Below are positions 49,057 to 59,328 of a stretch of 64,000 bases of DNA, one piece after another. The notes under the pieces were generated by a model that did no database searches, was not told where the DNA came from, and saw only the letters and a list, made by a program, of their open reading frames with translations. This stretch comes from an uncultured Clostridia bacterium (GTDB lineage Bacteria; Bacillota; Clostridia; TANB77; CAG-508). The position numbers and the translations under genes are program-made. The DNA lies in the NCBI GenBank assembly GCA_947591055.1, contig CANQCW010000002.1, forward strand, positions 96-64,095, read 5' to 3'. Each line of letters opens with the position of its first letter. Position 1 is the first letter of the stretch.

Positions 49057-49112
49057 TATTTTTACATATCTTTGCGAGTAAAAAATAAAAAATTTAGCTA
49101 GGAGGTATAAGG

Positions 49113-52100
49113 ATGAAAAAAATAAAAACTTTATTAATTCTAACTTTGATGATTGTATGTTTACCACTTACAGCTTTAGCTGCTGAAGGTATAACATTAG
49201 ATATAAATAAAACAAATTTAGAAGTAGGAGATGAAGTAACAGTAAGTGCTAAAGTATCAAGTGATTTAGATGCTTATGCATTAATTGCTACTTTAAAATA
49301 TGATACAAACGTTTTTGAAACAATAGATGATTCTAATTTTGTAGTCCAAGATACATCAAGCATTAATTATAGCCAAAATACTAACAAATTTGGAATAATC
49401 AATAAATCTGGTAAAGTGAGCACGGGAGGAACCCTTTTTACTGTAAAATTAAGGGTTAAAGATGATGCAAATGTAGGAAATACAAATATTGCTTTAACCA
49501 ATATTTCTTATTCAAGTGGTACTGGAAAAAAGACTTTAGATATGGTGTCTACTAAGGTATTTGTATCAAGAGATGCCAAAGAAGGAGAGACTATTCCAAT
49601 ACAAAATGAAAATATAGTAACTGAAGATGTGGAAAATGAAGTAAAAGCAGTTTCTAATGTTCCTGTTATGAGTACTCTTCTAGTAGCAATAGTCATTTTA
49701 TTGGCAAGCATTATATATATAAAATTAACGAAAAAAAGCGTAAAATCTTTTTACTTTTTAATTGCTTTAGAAACTGTATTAATAATTACCGAATCTGCTT
49801 TAGTTATTGGAAATATTAATAAAAAAGATGTTAATAAAGATGGTATAAATGATTATAATGATGCAGAAGAAATTATTAAATATTTAATTAATATTGAAGG
49901 AACTGATGAAGACTTAAATTTATTTGATGGTAATAATGTAAATAGCACTAACAATAATAATGTAGAGCAAACTCAATCAAGTGTGTCTAGTAGCAATAGT
50001 AATTCTAATAATAGACAAAATCAAACAAATCAATCTAATAGCAATAGTTCTAACAATAACAAGGTAACAAATGGTTCTAGTAGTAACAAACAAACTCAAA
50101 CAAATTCAAACGGTGGCAATTCTAATTCAAACAATGGGAATGCTAATTCTAACGTAAATAATGAAAGTGCTAATTCTAATACAAATAATAACGAAAATAA
50201 TGGCAATGCCAATTCAAATGCAAATAGTAGAAATTCTAATGCAAATAATGGCAATGCTGATTCTAATACAAATAACAACCAAAATAATGGCACAAATAAT
50301 AATACAAATAACAACACAAGCTCTGATAAAAATACTAATACAACTACAAATGATGATAATGAAAATAACAATGAAACAGTTGAACCAAATCCACCAAATA
50401 AAGAAGATAAACCTTCAGAAGATTTTGACGTCAATAATGATGGAAATGTTGATATAGATGATGCAGGACAGTCAGCTGAAGATACAACTAATAAGTCAAA
50501 AGTAATTTTAAAAGAAAAAATTGAGGAAAATAGTTCATATAGTCAAAAAGGTGATATAAATATTAAATTTACAGCAGATATTACACCTGTTGGTACTAAA
50601 ATCACTGAAGCAAAAATAAATAGCGAATATTATGAAACAGCATTAGAAGGTGATGTTTATACTGCTAAAATAAATAATATAGAAAAAGCTGGTAAACACT
50701 CATTTAACATTGAAGAGGTAGTTTTAGATAATGGTAAAAAAGTAAATACAAATTTAAAAATTGAAAAAGATATCTTAAAAGATGCACCTTACATCAATAA
50801 ATTTAATTTAGATGACCAAAAAGGAACTTTAAGTTTTGATGTAATAGACGAAGAAGATGCATTTATTGATGGCACAGTAACCATTAAAAGAGATGAAGAC
50901 TTAGTTAAGACTGAGAAAGTTAAATCTAAAGATTCAACAGTTATAACAAATATTCCAATAGAAGATGATGAAACATATTTAATTGAAATAATTGGAAAGT
51001 ATGATCTTGATAGTGATAAAAATGATCAAAAAAATGTTTACAATACAGCATTGTTTTCTCATACATTTATGATTGGAGGAGACTATAATTTCAATTTAAC
51101 TGATGCAAGTATTACTGATGTTGTTAAAACTGAGGAAACACCAGTTTTAAAATTTAGAAGTTCTAATACTAAAAACAAAATAATTGAAAATGCAAATTTG
51201 AAAAATGATGGTGAAGTTATTTCAAATTGTGAAGTTACAAAATTAGATAATGATAATTATGAAATAAATCTTAATGGTGCAAAAATGACACCTGGTATTC
51301 ACACAATTACACTTGATAGTGTAAATATGGATACATTAAAATCATTTACAAATAAGCAAGATTTTAATGTTAACTCTTTAACTTATACTGTACTAAAAGA
51401 TGCGCCTTCAGTTGAAAATCTTACAGTATCAGATAAAAGCAGTGAGAAAAAGATTAGTGCACAATTTAAATTAATTGATAAAACACAAGCTATCACAAAA
51501 TTAACAGTAGCTTTAGTAGATTCTGCAAATAGAATAGCAGGAAAAACAGAAATAGCAACTGAAAGTCTTACAGACAAAGAAAACATTAAAACAGAAGTGC
51601 CATATGGAAATAATACTGATGGTCGCTTCAAAGTTAAAGTTTTAGCAAATTATGAACTTGCTGATAAATATGTATATACAGACGAAAGCTTAGCAGAAAA
51701 AGAAATTCTAACACATAGTGAAGAAGACATTTCAATAGAAAGCATATATGTAGTAGATAACAGTAACAAACAAATAGATAGTTATGCTAAAAAAGGTCAA
51801 AAAGATTATCAAATTTTCTTTAAAGTAAATGTAAGTCAAAAGATTCAAAATTTAGCTGTTGCAAATCATGGCAATGGTAGAGCATATGGAAGAGTATCTG
51901 CAATAAATATAAATGGATTAAATTATCCAGCAAGTCAAGTAGGAAAAAATGATTTTACTTCAAAAGTATTTCTAACTATACCAGAAGAATCTGGAGTTAT
52001 AGAATTAAAGGCAAATAGAGTAGAACTTGCAAGTGATGGATATTACAAAATATTTAATGATTATTTCTCAGTACCAGAAAAAACTATGAAAATAGAGGTA

Positions 52101-55100
52101 TTAAAAGATGCACCAAAAATTGAAAATCTTTCTGTAAGTGAAAATTACGAAAATAGCAGTAGTACATTTAACTTTAATGTAGTACTAGATGAAAAAGAAA
52201 AAGCAGATGGCTTTACAGATGGTATTGTTGAGTTAAATGGAAAAACTCAAGAAATTCATAGTGGAGAAAATTCTGTAACATTTACAGGTATTGAAAAAGA
52301 TAAAACTTTTGATTTAATATTTAAAGGCAGTTATGACTTAGATACAGATGAACTTAATACAGTAGACGGAGCTGACAAAAATCAAACCCAAAATGGTGTG
52401 ATATATAAAGTTAAATATGGTTTATATAGTGATAAAAAATATGAAAATATTGCACTAGATAAATGTGAAGTTTTAAGTGAAAAGAATAATAAATATTTTG
52501 AAAAAAATGAGAAAATAAAACTTAACTTTGACATCACTGGAATAGATGAAGATTTAGGAGCAGTAGCCAAAAAAGTAGTTATAGATGATAAAGAATATGA
52601 TATATCTAAAACAGATGATATATATAGCTTGTTATTAGATGGATATAGCAGTTCAGGTAAAAAAGAAATAACTATTACAGATATTATTTTAGACAATGGA
52701 AGAGAAGTAAAATTAGCTACACCTTATACTTTCGAATTTGAAGTTTTAAAAGATATTGTAAAAATAACAGACTATGGATTTGAAGACTTAGGCAGTTCTA
52801 TAGATACATTATTAGATATAAAAGATAGTGATAATTCTTTGGTTGGTAATGTAAAAATAGAAATAAAAGATGAGCACAATAAAATTTTATACAATGATAT
52901 TTTCAAAGATGATATAACATTTGAGAAAACTGAAAACACTGTACGTTACTATATTACTGTAACAGCTGATTATGATAGAGATATTGACAAAAATAAAAAT
53001 AGTGAAAATTATAATGAAAATGTAATCTTATTAGATGAGGTTATGTCTTTAGATGAAAATGCGATAGAATTTAAAAATATTACAGATATTAATTTATATA
53101 AAGTTGTAAATAATAAAGGATATGATGAAATAAAACTTATTGACGAAGTTGATGTTGAAGATATAAAAACTAATAAAGACAGTTATTTCGTAGAAGTTAA
53201 AATGGATTCTTTACCTACATCTGAAGCAAAAATAAGTGAAGTTATAATTGAAGATGATACACTAATTTTGCTACTTGATTATAAATTTACAACAATAGAT
53301 AATACTCATGCACCTGAAATAATTAGAATAAATTATGGAATTATAAAAGATGGAAAAGCTAAAAACAACTATCATCCATATTCTGCATTTACTGAATTAA
53401 TTGAAGAATTAAATAGCGGAAATAATGTAACTTTAACAAAAGATTATGATGCAAGTAGCATAAGCACAAGTGAAAATACTTATATTACAAGTGATTATGC
53501 AGGAACTCTTAATGGTAATGGACACACTATAAAAAATCTATCAAAACCTTTATTTAATAAAATAACAGGAAATGTTGAAAACTTAAAGCTTGTAGATATT
53601 AGTTTAAGCTCAAACGGTCAAGGAGCTTTAGCAAATACAACTGAAGGAGCTACTATCAAAAATGTTTTAGTTGATAAATTCTATAAAAGTGGAACAAACA
53701 CTGATGGAAATGGATCTTTAATAGGAATTGCTAAAAAATCTGCAATAGAAGGCTGTCGCTCAACAAATGTAAACCAACATATCACAGGTAGTCAACAGCA
53801 AAATAGTATATTTATAGGAAGAACAGAAGATGGTACTACTGTTAAAAACTGTTATGCACAAGGTACTTTGCAAGGTGGATGGAACTATACAAATGCCTTC
53901 ATAGGAAATGCTTTATCAAGTACAATTACTAATAATTATGTTAGTGCAACAATTAATGCATCAGGATATAATGCTAATTTCGCAGATGCATACAATAACA
54001 AAGCAACTGTATATGAAAATAATATATGTATCGGACCAAATAGCTTTAGTGGCAGTTATAGAGAATTAAAAAATAATTATATTTGCCCATCAGATAATAG
54101 CAAAAAAGAAGAAGCTGGAGTTGAATATATAACTCAAGAAGAAATTACAGAAAATCTATTTAAAGAAGAAGCAAAATTTGATGAAAGTATTTGGAGCATA
54201 AAAGAAACTTCTTATAACAATTTACCAATATTAAATATTGAAATTGAAGAAGATAAATATAGTGATATACCAGATTATGATGAATCTTTAAGCAAATTAT
54301 ATAACAATTTGATGAAATTAATGCCTTACTATAATATGCAAAAAATTGTTGATACTGCAAAATCTGTTACAGATACTAATTTATTAAATAAAGAAATTAA
54401 ATATATTTTACCAGTAGATAAAAATGGAAGTATAGTAACTTATTTAACTACAAGCAATACTAATAAAATAAGTAAATTAAAAGTAATATTTACTGATGAT
54501 ACTAAATGTGAATATGATGTTAAATACGATAAAATGTATGATATGGTTGCAACATATAGAATTAATAATTTAGGAATTGATTACAACTACAAACATTATG
54601 TAATTAATAGCGAATCTCAACTTGTAAGTAATATAGTTAATTATTTAAATGGATTGGATTATACAACCAACTTAGATATATTAACAACAAATGCAAGTTC
54701 TAGATTATACAGAGATTGTTATAATGAAGTAACTAAAAAAGAATTAAAAGATTTTGTACTAAAATATTTGTCAAACAGTAATTATACTAATACAACAAAC
54801 GATAATAATATTAACAATTATCTTGAAAGAGAAATTAAAAAAGATAAAAGAATAGAAAAAGTTTTATATACTTATAATTATTTTAGAAGATTCTATGATT
54901 TAGACGTAGATGGCATGAAAATATATGACTTTGTAATGTTTAATATGGACTGCTTTGATGAAAAATTAACACCTGAAAAAATAGCAGATTTATATTTAAC
55001 AGATAAAACAGGAGCTAGTTTCGATACAGCTAGAACAAATTCAAGCTATATAAGTCTTTTAAGTAATTATACAAAACTTGATACTTTACCTAAATTTTTA

Positions 55101-56822
55101 GAATATATAGTAACTAAATTTAGCAATCATGATATGAGTAAATGGACACATAATCAATTTAAAGGAATAATCACAGAATTTGGAGTAGATGGCCATCCAG
55201 AGATTAAGTATACTTTATGGGATCACTTTATCTCAACGACAAATGATGAAATTTTAAGACAATTCTTACCTATGATGACATTACCTGAAACTGCAGCTTA
55301 TGTAATATCTAGTCCAGTACAATATGCAATAGGTGCTCAAAGAACTTATATGAAAAATCCTAATGACCCAGAAGAAGTAAAACAATTTATGGAAAAACTA
55401 AGCAAATACACAACAAGGATGAAAAGATATTTCGAAACAACATATGCTATATTAGCAGATGCAGATATACTTAATAATGCGCTTATATATCATATAGATA
55501 AAAGAACAACTAAAACAGAAACAGGAGGATCTGTATTTAATACACAATTTACAACAACAGAACCATTTCATAAAAACTTCGTTGAAGCAACAGGCCTTTG
55601 GTCAGCAGCTGCAGGCGTAAATGCAGCAGCATGGGGACCACGTCTAGAGTGGCAAGTTGCAGGAATACTTGATAGTACACTTGCAGAAGAAGGAAAAAAT
55701 GACACATCACATGTAACATTTAGAACTTGGTCTCATGAATCAGCTCACTTAATAGACTCAAAAGTTTTCCTAAAAAATAATGGAAGAAGATTTGATGCTG
55801 GTGGTGAAGACTATGCTGATGCGTTCTTTATGCAAGCATTTGAAGAATTTGGAATAGTAATGAACTTATCAATGAGATTTAATACAGATGTCAAAGTAGG
55901 AACAAACTTTACTGTTGATAGAATAAATAGTAAAGACAAAATACAAGACTATTATAGAAAAGTTTTTGAAACTATATATTTAATGGATTATATTGAAGCA
56001 CAAGCATTTTTGGAACTTGATTTAGAAGAACAAAAAGCAGTCGCAGTTCAAGCATCTTATCCAAATGAAAACGAAAAACTTCCTAATGGAAAAACATATT
56101 CAACTGATGAATATGCAAAATATCGTGCTAGACAAACAACTAGATATACAAGATTAAATTCAATATCTGGATTTAATACAAAATTAAGTACAATAAATGA
56201 TTTAATTGATAACAAAATTCAATTAAGATCAGGAGCAGTTTCAATTCAAACACTTGGAGATAATAGATATGGAGGAGAAGGATTTAACGTAGTTCATTGG
56301 TATCAACCAAGCAATCCAGATGGTAGACCTGATTCATATTCATTGAAATGGCTAAGTTATGAAATGTTAGGATATAAAGGCTATGACAAAGGTTTAGTAG
56401 AATATGCAAGTAATATAAATTATGAGCGTCGCCCAATTTATTCAAGTTTTGAAAAACCTGAAAATGGAACAACAGATGTTAACTACAAATCTGATAAAAT
56501 GGCTCTTGAAAAGATTTCAGATGGAGAATATTCAGACTTTGATACTTATAAAAAAGCAAGATTTGCTGAAGTTGCAGAAAAATTAGAAAGACTTGATACT
56601 ACTATAAATGTAAAAGAATATGTACAAAAATTCTATGAAGCATTGAAAAAAGATGCTGAATTAGCAAAAAGTAATGAAAAAACTGAATTAACAAATTCAA
56701 GTGCATTAAGAAGTGAAATTTACTATACATTAAAGAATAAAACTGATGACTTCAGAGATGAAATTTATAAAAGTACAAAACAACAAGATGTATCTAATTT
56801 AAAAGTAGATAAAGATGAATAA
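49113..56822 (+). CDS. 2569-aa multidomain surface protein with M26-like zinc metalloprotease domain
   Basis: Signal peptide (..LPLTALA-AEG), cohesin-like domain, TM segments, dockerin-like Ca loops (DVNKDGINDYND; DVNNDGNVDIDD) and an Asn-rich linker. Four ~205-235-aa modules begin with (V/I)LKD. A GLUG-like motif (GTLNGNGHTIKNL) is present. HESAH lies at 55734-55748, with Glu 20 residues after the second His (55806). Confidence 0.7.
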   Translation: MKKIKTLLILTLMIVCLPLTALAAEGITLDINKTNLEVGDEVTVSAKVSSDLDAYALIATLKYDTNVFETIDDSNFVVQDTSSINYSQNTNKFGIINKSGKVSTGGTLFTVKLRVKDDANVGNTNIALTNISYSSGTGKKTLDMVSTKVFVSRDAKEGETIPIQNENIVTEDVENEVKAVSNVPVMSTLLVAIVILLASIIYIKLTKKSVKSFYFLIALETVLIITESALVIGNINKKDVNKDGINDYNDAEEIIKYLINIEGTDEDLNLFDGNNVNSTNNNNVEQTQSSVSSSNSNSNNRQNQTNQSNSNSSNNNKVTNGSSSNKQTQTNSNGGNSNSNNGNANSNVNNESANSNTNNNENNGNANSNANSRNSNANNGNADSNTNNNQNNGTNNNTNNNTSSDKNTNTTTNDDNENNNETVEPNPPNKEDKPSEDFDVNNDGNVDIDDAGQSAEDTTNKSKVILKEKIEENSSYSQKGDINIKFTADITPVGTKITEAKINSEYYETALEGDVYTAKINNIEKAGKHSFNIEEVVLDNGKKVNTNLKIEKDILKDAPYINKFNLDDQKGTLSFDVIDEEDAFIDGTVTIKRDEDLVKTEKVKSKDSTVITNIPIEDDETYLIEIIGKYDLDSDKNDQKNVYNTALFSHTFMIGGDYNFNLTDASITDVVKTEETPVLKFRSSNTKNKIIENANLKNDGEVISNCEVTKLDNDNYEINLNGAKMTPGIHTITLDSVNMDTLKSFTNKQDFNVNSLTYTVLKDAPSVENLTVSDKSSEKKISAQFKLIDKTQAITKLTVALVDSANRIAGKTEIATESLTDKENIKTEVPYGNNTDGRFKVKVLANYELADKYVYTDESLAEKEILTHSEEDISIESIYVVDNSNKQIDSYAKKGQKDYQIFFKVNVSQKIQNLAVANHGNGRAYGRVSAININGLNYPASQVGKNDFTSKVFLTIPEESGVIELKANRVELASDGYYKIFNDYFSVPEKTMKIEVLKDAPKIENLSVSENYENSSSTFNFNVVLDEKEKADGFTDGIVELNGKTQEIHSGENSVTFTGIEKDKTFDLIFKGSYDLDTDELNTVDGADKNQTQNGVIYKVKYGLYSDKKYENIALDKCEVLSEKNNKYFEKNEKIKLNFDITGIDEDLGAVAKKVVIDDKEYDISKTDDIYSLLLDGYSSSGKKEITITDIILDNGREVKLATPYTFEFEVLKDIVKITDYGFEDLGSSIDTLLDIKDSDNSLVGNVKIEIKDEHNKILYNDIFKDDITFEKTENTVRYYITVTADYDRDIDKNKNSENYNENVILLDEVMSLDENAIEFKNITDINLYKVVNNKGYDEIKLIDEVDVEDIKTNKDSYFVEVKMDSLPTSEAKISEVIIEDDTLILLLDYKFTTIDNTHAPEIIRINYGIIKDGKAKNNYHPYSAFTELIEELNSGNNVTLTKDYDASSISTSENTYITSDYAGTLNGNGHTIKNLSKPLFNKITGNVENLKLVDISLSSNGQGALANTTEGATIKNVLVDKFYKSGTNTDGNGSLIGIAKKSAIEGCRSTNVNQHITGSQQQNSIFIGRTEDGTTVKNCYAQGTLQGGWNYTNAFIGNALSSTITNNYVSATINASGYNANFADAYNNKATVYENNICIGPNSFSGSYRELKNNYICPSDNSKKEEAGVEYITQEEITENLFKEEAKFDESIWSIKETSYNNLPILNIEIEEDKYSDIPDYDESLSKLYNNLMKLMPYYNMQKIVDTAKSVTDTNLLNKEIKYILPVDKNGSIVTYLTTSNTNKISKLKVIFTDDTKCEYDVKYDKMYDMVATYRINNLGIDYNYKHYVINSESQLVSNIVNYLNGLDYTTNLDILTTNASSRLYRDCYNEVTKKELKDFVLKYLSNSNYTNTTNDNNINNYLEREIKKDKRIEKVLYTYNYFRRFYDLDVDGMKIYDFVMFNMDCFDEKLTPEKIADLYLTDKTGASFDTARTNSSYISLLSNYTKLDTLPKFLEYIVTKFSNHDMSKWTHNQFKGIITEFGVDGHPEIKYTLWDHFISTTNDEILRQFLPMMTLPETAAYVISSPVQYAIGAQRTYMKNPNDPEEVKQFMEKLSKYTTRMKRYFETTYAILADADILNNALIYHIDKRTTKTETGGSVFNTQFTTTEPFHKNFVEATGLWSAAAGVNAAAWGPRLEWQVAGILDSTLAEEGKNDTSHVTFRTWSHESAHLIDSKVFLKNNGRRFDAGGEDYADAFFMQAFEEFGIVMNLSMRFNTDVKVGTNFTVDRINSKDKIQDYYRKVFETIYLMDYIEAQAFLELDLEEQKAVAVQASYPNENEKLPNGKTYSTDEYAKYRARQTTRYTRLNSISGFNTKLSTINDLIDNKIQLRSGAVSIQTLGDNRYGGEGFNVVHWYQPSNPDGRPDSYSLKWLSYEMLGYKGYDKGLVEYASNINYERRPIYSSFEKPENGTTDVNYKSDKMALEKISDGEYSDFDTYKKARFAEVAEKLERLDTTINVKEYVQKFYEALKKDAELAKSNEKTELTNSSALRSEIYYTLKNKTDDFRDEIYKSTKQQDVSNLKVDKDE
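49930..50400 (+). repeat. Asn/Ser-rich low-complexity coding repeats
   Basis: Imperfect reiteration of NSN(A/S)NNGNANSN units, seen in DNA as aataatggcaatgc(c/t)(a/g)attc(a/t)aat. Confidence 0.8.
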
Positions 56823-56828
56823 AAAAAT

Positions 56829-56862
56829 AGACCAGTTTGCATTAGCAATCTGGTCTTTTTTT
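56829..56862. terminator. bidirectional rho-independent terminator
   Basis: A7-T-AGACCAG..TTGC-atta-GCAA..CTGGTCT-T7 between convergent genes. Confidence 0.8.
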
Positions 56863-56866
56863 GTAA

Positions 56867-58103
56867 CTATTTAGTTTCCATTATCAAATAGCTAGAAGAT
56901 AAATTACTTCTAATATCAGCTTTAAAAAATGCATCTTGATATTTATTTAACCAATCATATTCAGTCCAAGAGTTCCAAGTTAGAAAATGCTTAACAGCAT
57001 ATTTTCCAAATTTACATATATCAGACTGGAACTCTTTTGATGTCTTATAAAGATAATTATTTATATGAGCTAGAAAGTAAGAATTTGCATATTCTTCAAT
57101 AAGCTTTTTATTTTCAGTTGTCATATAATTAGCACTTTGAGAAGAAGTAAGAAGCTTCATTTGCAAATCTACATTACATTTTATATATGGAGTACCATTT
57201 AATATTTGTACAGAATTCTTAGATTTTGCACTATAAATATATAAAGATATAAAATCAGAATCATTAAAAGGACTAGGAATATTTACAGTAGCATTTTGAA
57301 AATTATTACTTAAAATAAGATGAATAATTGTTTCTAAACCACTTAATTCTCCAATTAATTTATCTTCTTTAAAAATTGCAAGACCAAGATTTTCAATATT
57401 TTTTTGATTATTCTCATCTGATTCTTTTGCAGTATATTCTTTATCATTTAAAGAAGAATCAGTTCCACTAACATTGTTTGATTCAAGACCATTAACGCTT
57501 CCTAAAATCGCATAAGGAGAACCAAATGTATCAGACAAGTCACAGAAAAAATCCTTTAATGTTACAGCTTCTGTATAACTTGTATTTTTTTCTGATGATG
57601 TTTCTAAACTAAAATATTTAGCAGCAACTTCATCAATAACAGATTTTGAATTTTCTAAAAAATAATTAGCACCACATTTTGAAATTAATATGTTGCAAGT
57701 TGGCCTTATTTCAACATTATTTTTTAAGCTATATATATAATTTCCTATTCCTTTTGAAGCAAGTTCTTCTGAAAAAATTAGATATTTGCAATGAGTCATA
57801 TTAACTTTTTTACTTAAATAACTATTAAGAAGACTTACCCCAATATCAAAGCTATTACACTCAACAGTATTTATAACAGAAGAACTTGATTCTGAAGATT
57901 CACTATCACTACTTTGTTCTTTAGCAGAAGTTGGCATATTAATTTGAAAACTAATTTTTAAATCACTATTTTCTCCAACATCAAAACCAATAGCAACAAC
58001 ATAAGCAAGTTCATCAATAGAATTAACACCGTTTGCCATTTGAAATAGAGAAAAATATAATAACAAGTCCCAGTAATACTATTAAAAAGTTTCTAGCTTT
58101 CAT
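56867..58103 (-). CDS. Ger(x)C-family spore germination protein, apparent frameshift in the signal-peptide region
   Basis: Main ORF 56867-58066 (ELAYVVAIGFD... GerAC-like). The RBS-preceded ATG at 58103 (MKARNFLIVLLGLVIIFF...) lies directly after the gerB-like stop but in another frame. A T5 run lies at the junction. Confidence 0.7.
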
Positions 58104-58119
58104 TAAATTTAATCCTTTC

Positions 58120-59268
58120 TTAATTATTAATTTTTATAATAGATTTTCTAGTTTTTCTTCTTTTTGCCATATAATTATTCTTTTTAAAATATCCAATTAA
58201 AAGAATTACAAAGCTATATCCAAATACCAAAAACAAAGATAAATATTTATAAATATGATCTTCAATAAATCTTATTTGTGTAGAGTTTGTTGGAATAAGA
58301 GTTGCAATTAATGTCAAAAGTGCAATTATATAAATAATTGGAGAAGAATGTTTTGCATTCCATACTTTTTTATTTATTTTTGTAAGATATGATATGATAA
58401 CTGAAAGATAAGATAAAAAGGCAAATATCCATACTAAAATAAATAAAGCGTCAGTTCTTTCAAAAAATTTTCCAAGTTTTATTGCTCTTGTACTCATATA
58501 AACAGACAATGTTTCTGTACCAGTTGTTAGAAAAGGAAATAAGAAAAGCAAAGATGCTACACTTAAAAGTAAATATAAACTTGAAAGTATAATTGAAGCT
58601 ATTCCAACTTTTTTATAGTCTTTTTCATTTCTCAAATTTGGTTTTATCAAATACAAATATATTAGTCCTGCAAAGGCATATATATTTAATATTCCTGAAA
58701 AGAAAGTTTCATTTATTCCTTTTCCCATTATTGGAAATATCCTTTGAAAATCAACATGACTAAAAGATGCAGCAAATACAATAACAACAGCAATTAAAAC
58801 TACAAATACAATTAATGTATTAACTTTTACAACATTTTTAAATCCTATTTTATTAACAATAACGGCAGTTAGCAAAAATATACCAACGATAAATGGTACA
58901 ACTGCATCTGGAAAATATATTAATTTAAGCATTTCTGAAAAGTCTAAAATTAGTATTCCACATGTAAAAGTTAAAGATAAAGTATATAAAATATTTGTTA
59001 TGATTTTTAATGTTTTTCCACCAACATATTCTGAAACATCTAAAATATCTTTTCCGGGAAATGAGCTAAATAGTTTATTTACAATCAAGAAAAATATAAA
59101 TATTAAAAAAGATATATAGAGTACATTAATTATTGCAGAAGACCCAACAGAACTTAGTATTGTGTTTGGAAGGTTAAGTATAATATGTGCAAGTGTTACA
59201 ATAATTACTAAAAAGGTAGCTTCTATTGCATTTAATTTATCTGAATTCAAGAAAATCTCTCCTTTCAA
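58120..59268 (-). CDS. Ger(x)B-family spore germination protein (APC-type permease-like)
   Basis: 382 aa, ~10 TM helices; position between the GerA- and GerC-type genes. Confidence 0.8.
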   Translation of the reverse strand: MKGEIFLNSDKLNAIEATFLVIIVTLAHIILNLPNTILSSVGSSAIINVLYISFLIFIFFLIVNKLFSSFPGKDILDVSEYVGGKTLKIITNILYTLSLTFTCGILILDFSEMLKLIYFPDAVVPFIVGIFLLTAVIVNKIGFKNVVKVNTLIVFVVLIAVVIVFAASFSHVDFQRIFPIMGKGINETFFSGILNIYAFAGLIYLYLIKPNLRNEKDYKKVGIASIILSSLYLLLSVASLLFLFPFLTTGTETLSVYMSTRAIKLGKFFERTDALFILVWIFAFLSYLSVIISYLTKINKKVWNAKHSSPIIYIIALLTLIATLIPTNSTQIRFIEDHIYKYLSLFLVFGYSFVILLIGYFKKNNYMAKRRKTRKSIIKINN

Positions 59269-59328
59269 AAAAATGTGTAAGTTTTTCTAATCTAGCGAGT
59301 TAAATTATTTTTACTAAAATCTTTAAGT

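Noticed and set aside
49057-49112. Absence of smpB/ssrA after rnr as an anomaly
   Set aside because: Gene order after rnr varies among Firmicutes, and nothing in the sequence indicates a deletion scar.
50096-50457. ORFs 50096-50434 (-) and 50161-50457 (+) inside the giant gene
   Set aside because: They are alternate-frame artefacts of the Asn-rich repeat DNA and are entirely contained in a 7.7-kb ORF with clear domain content.
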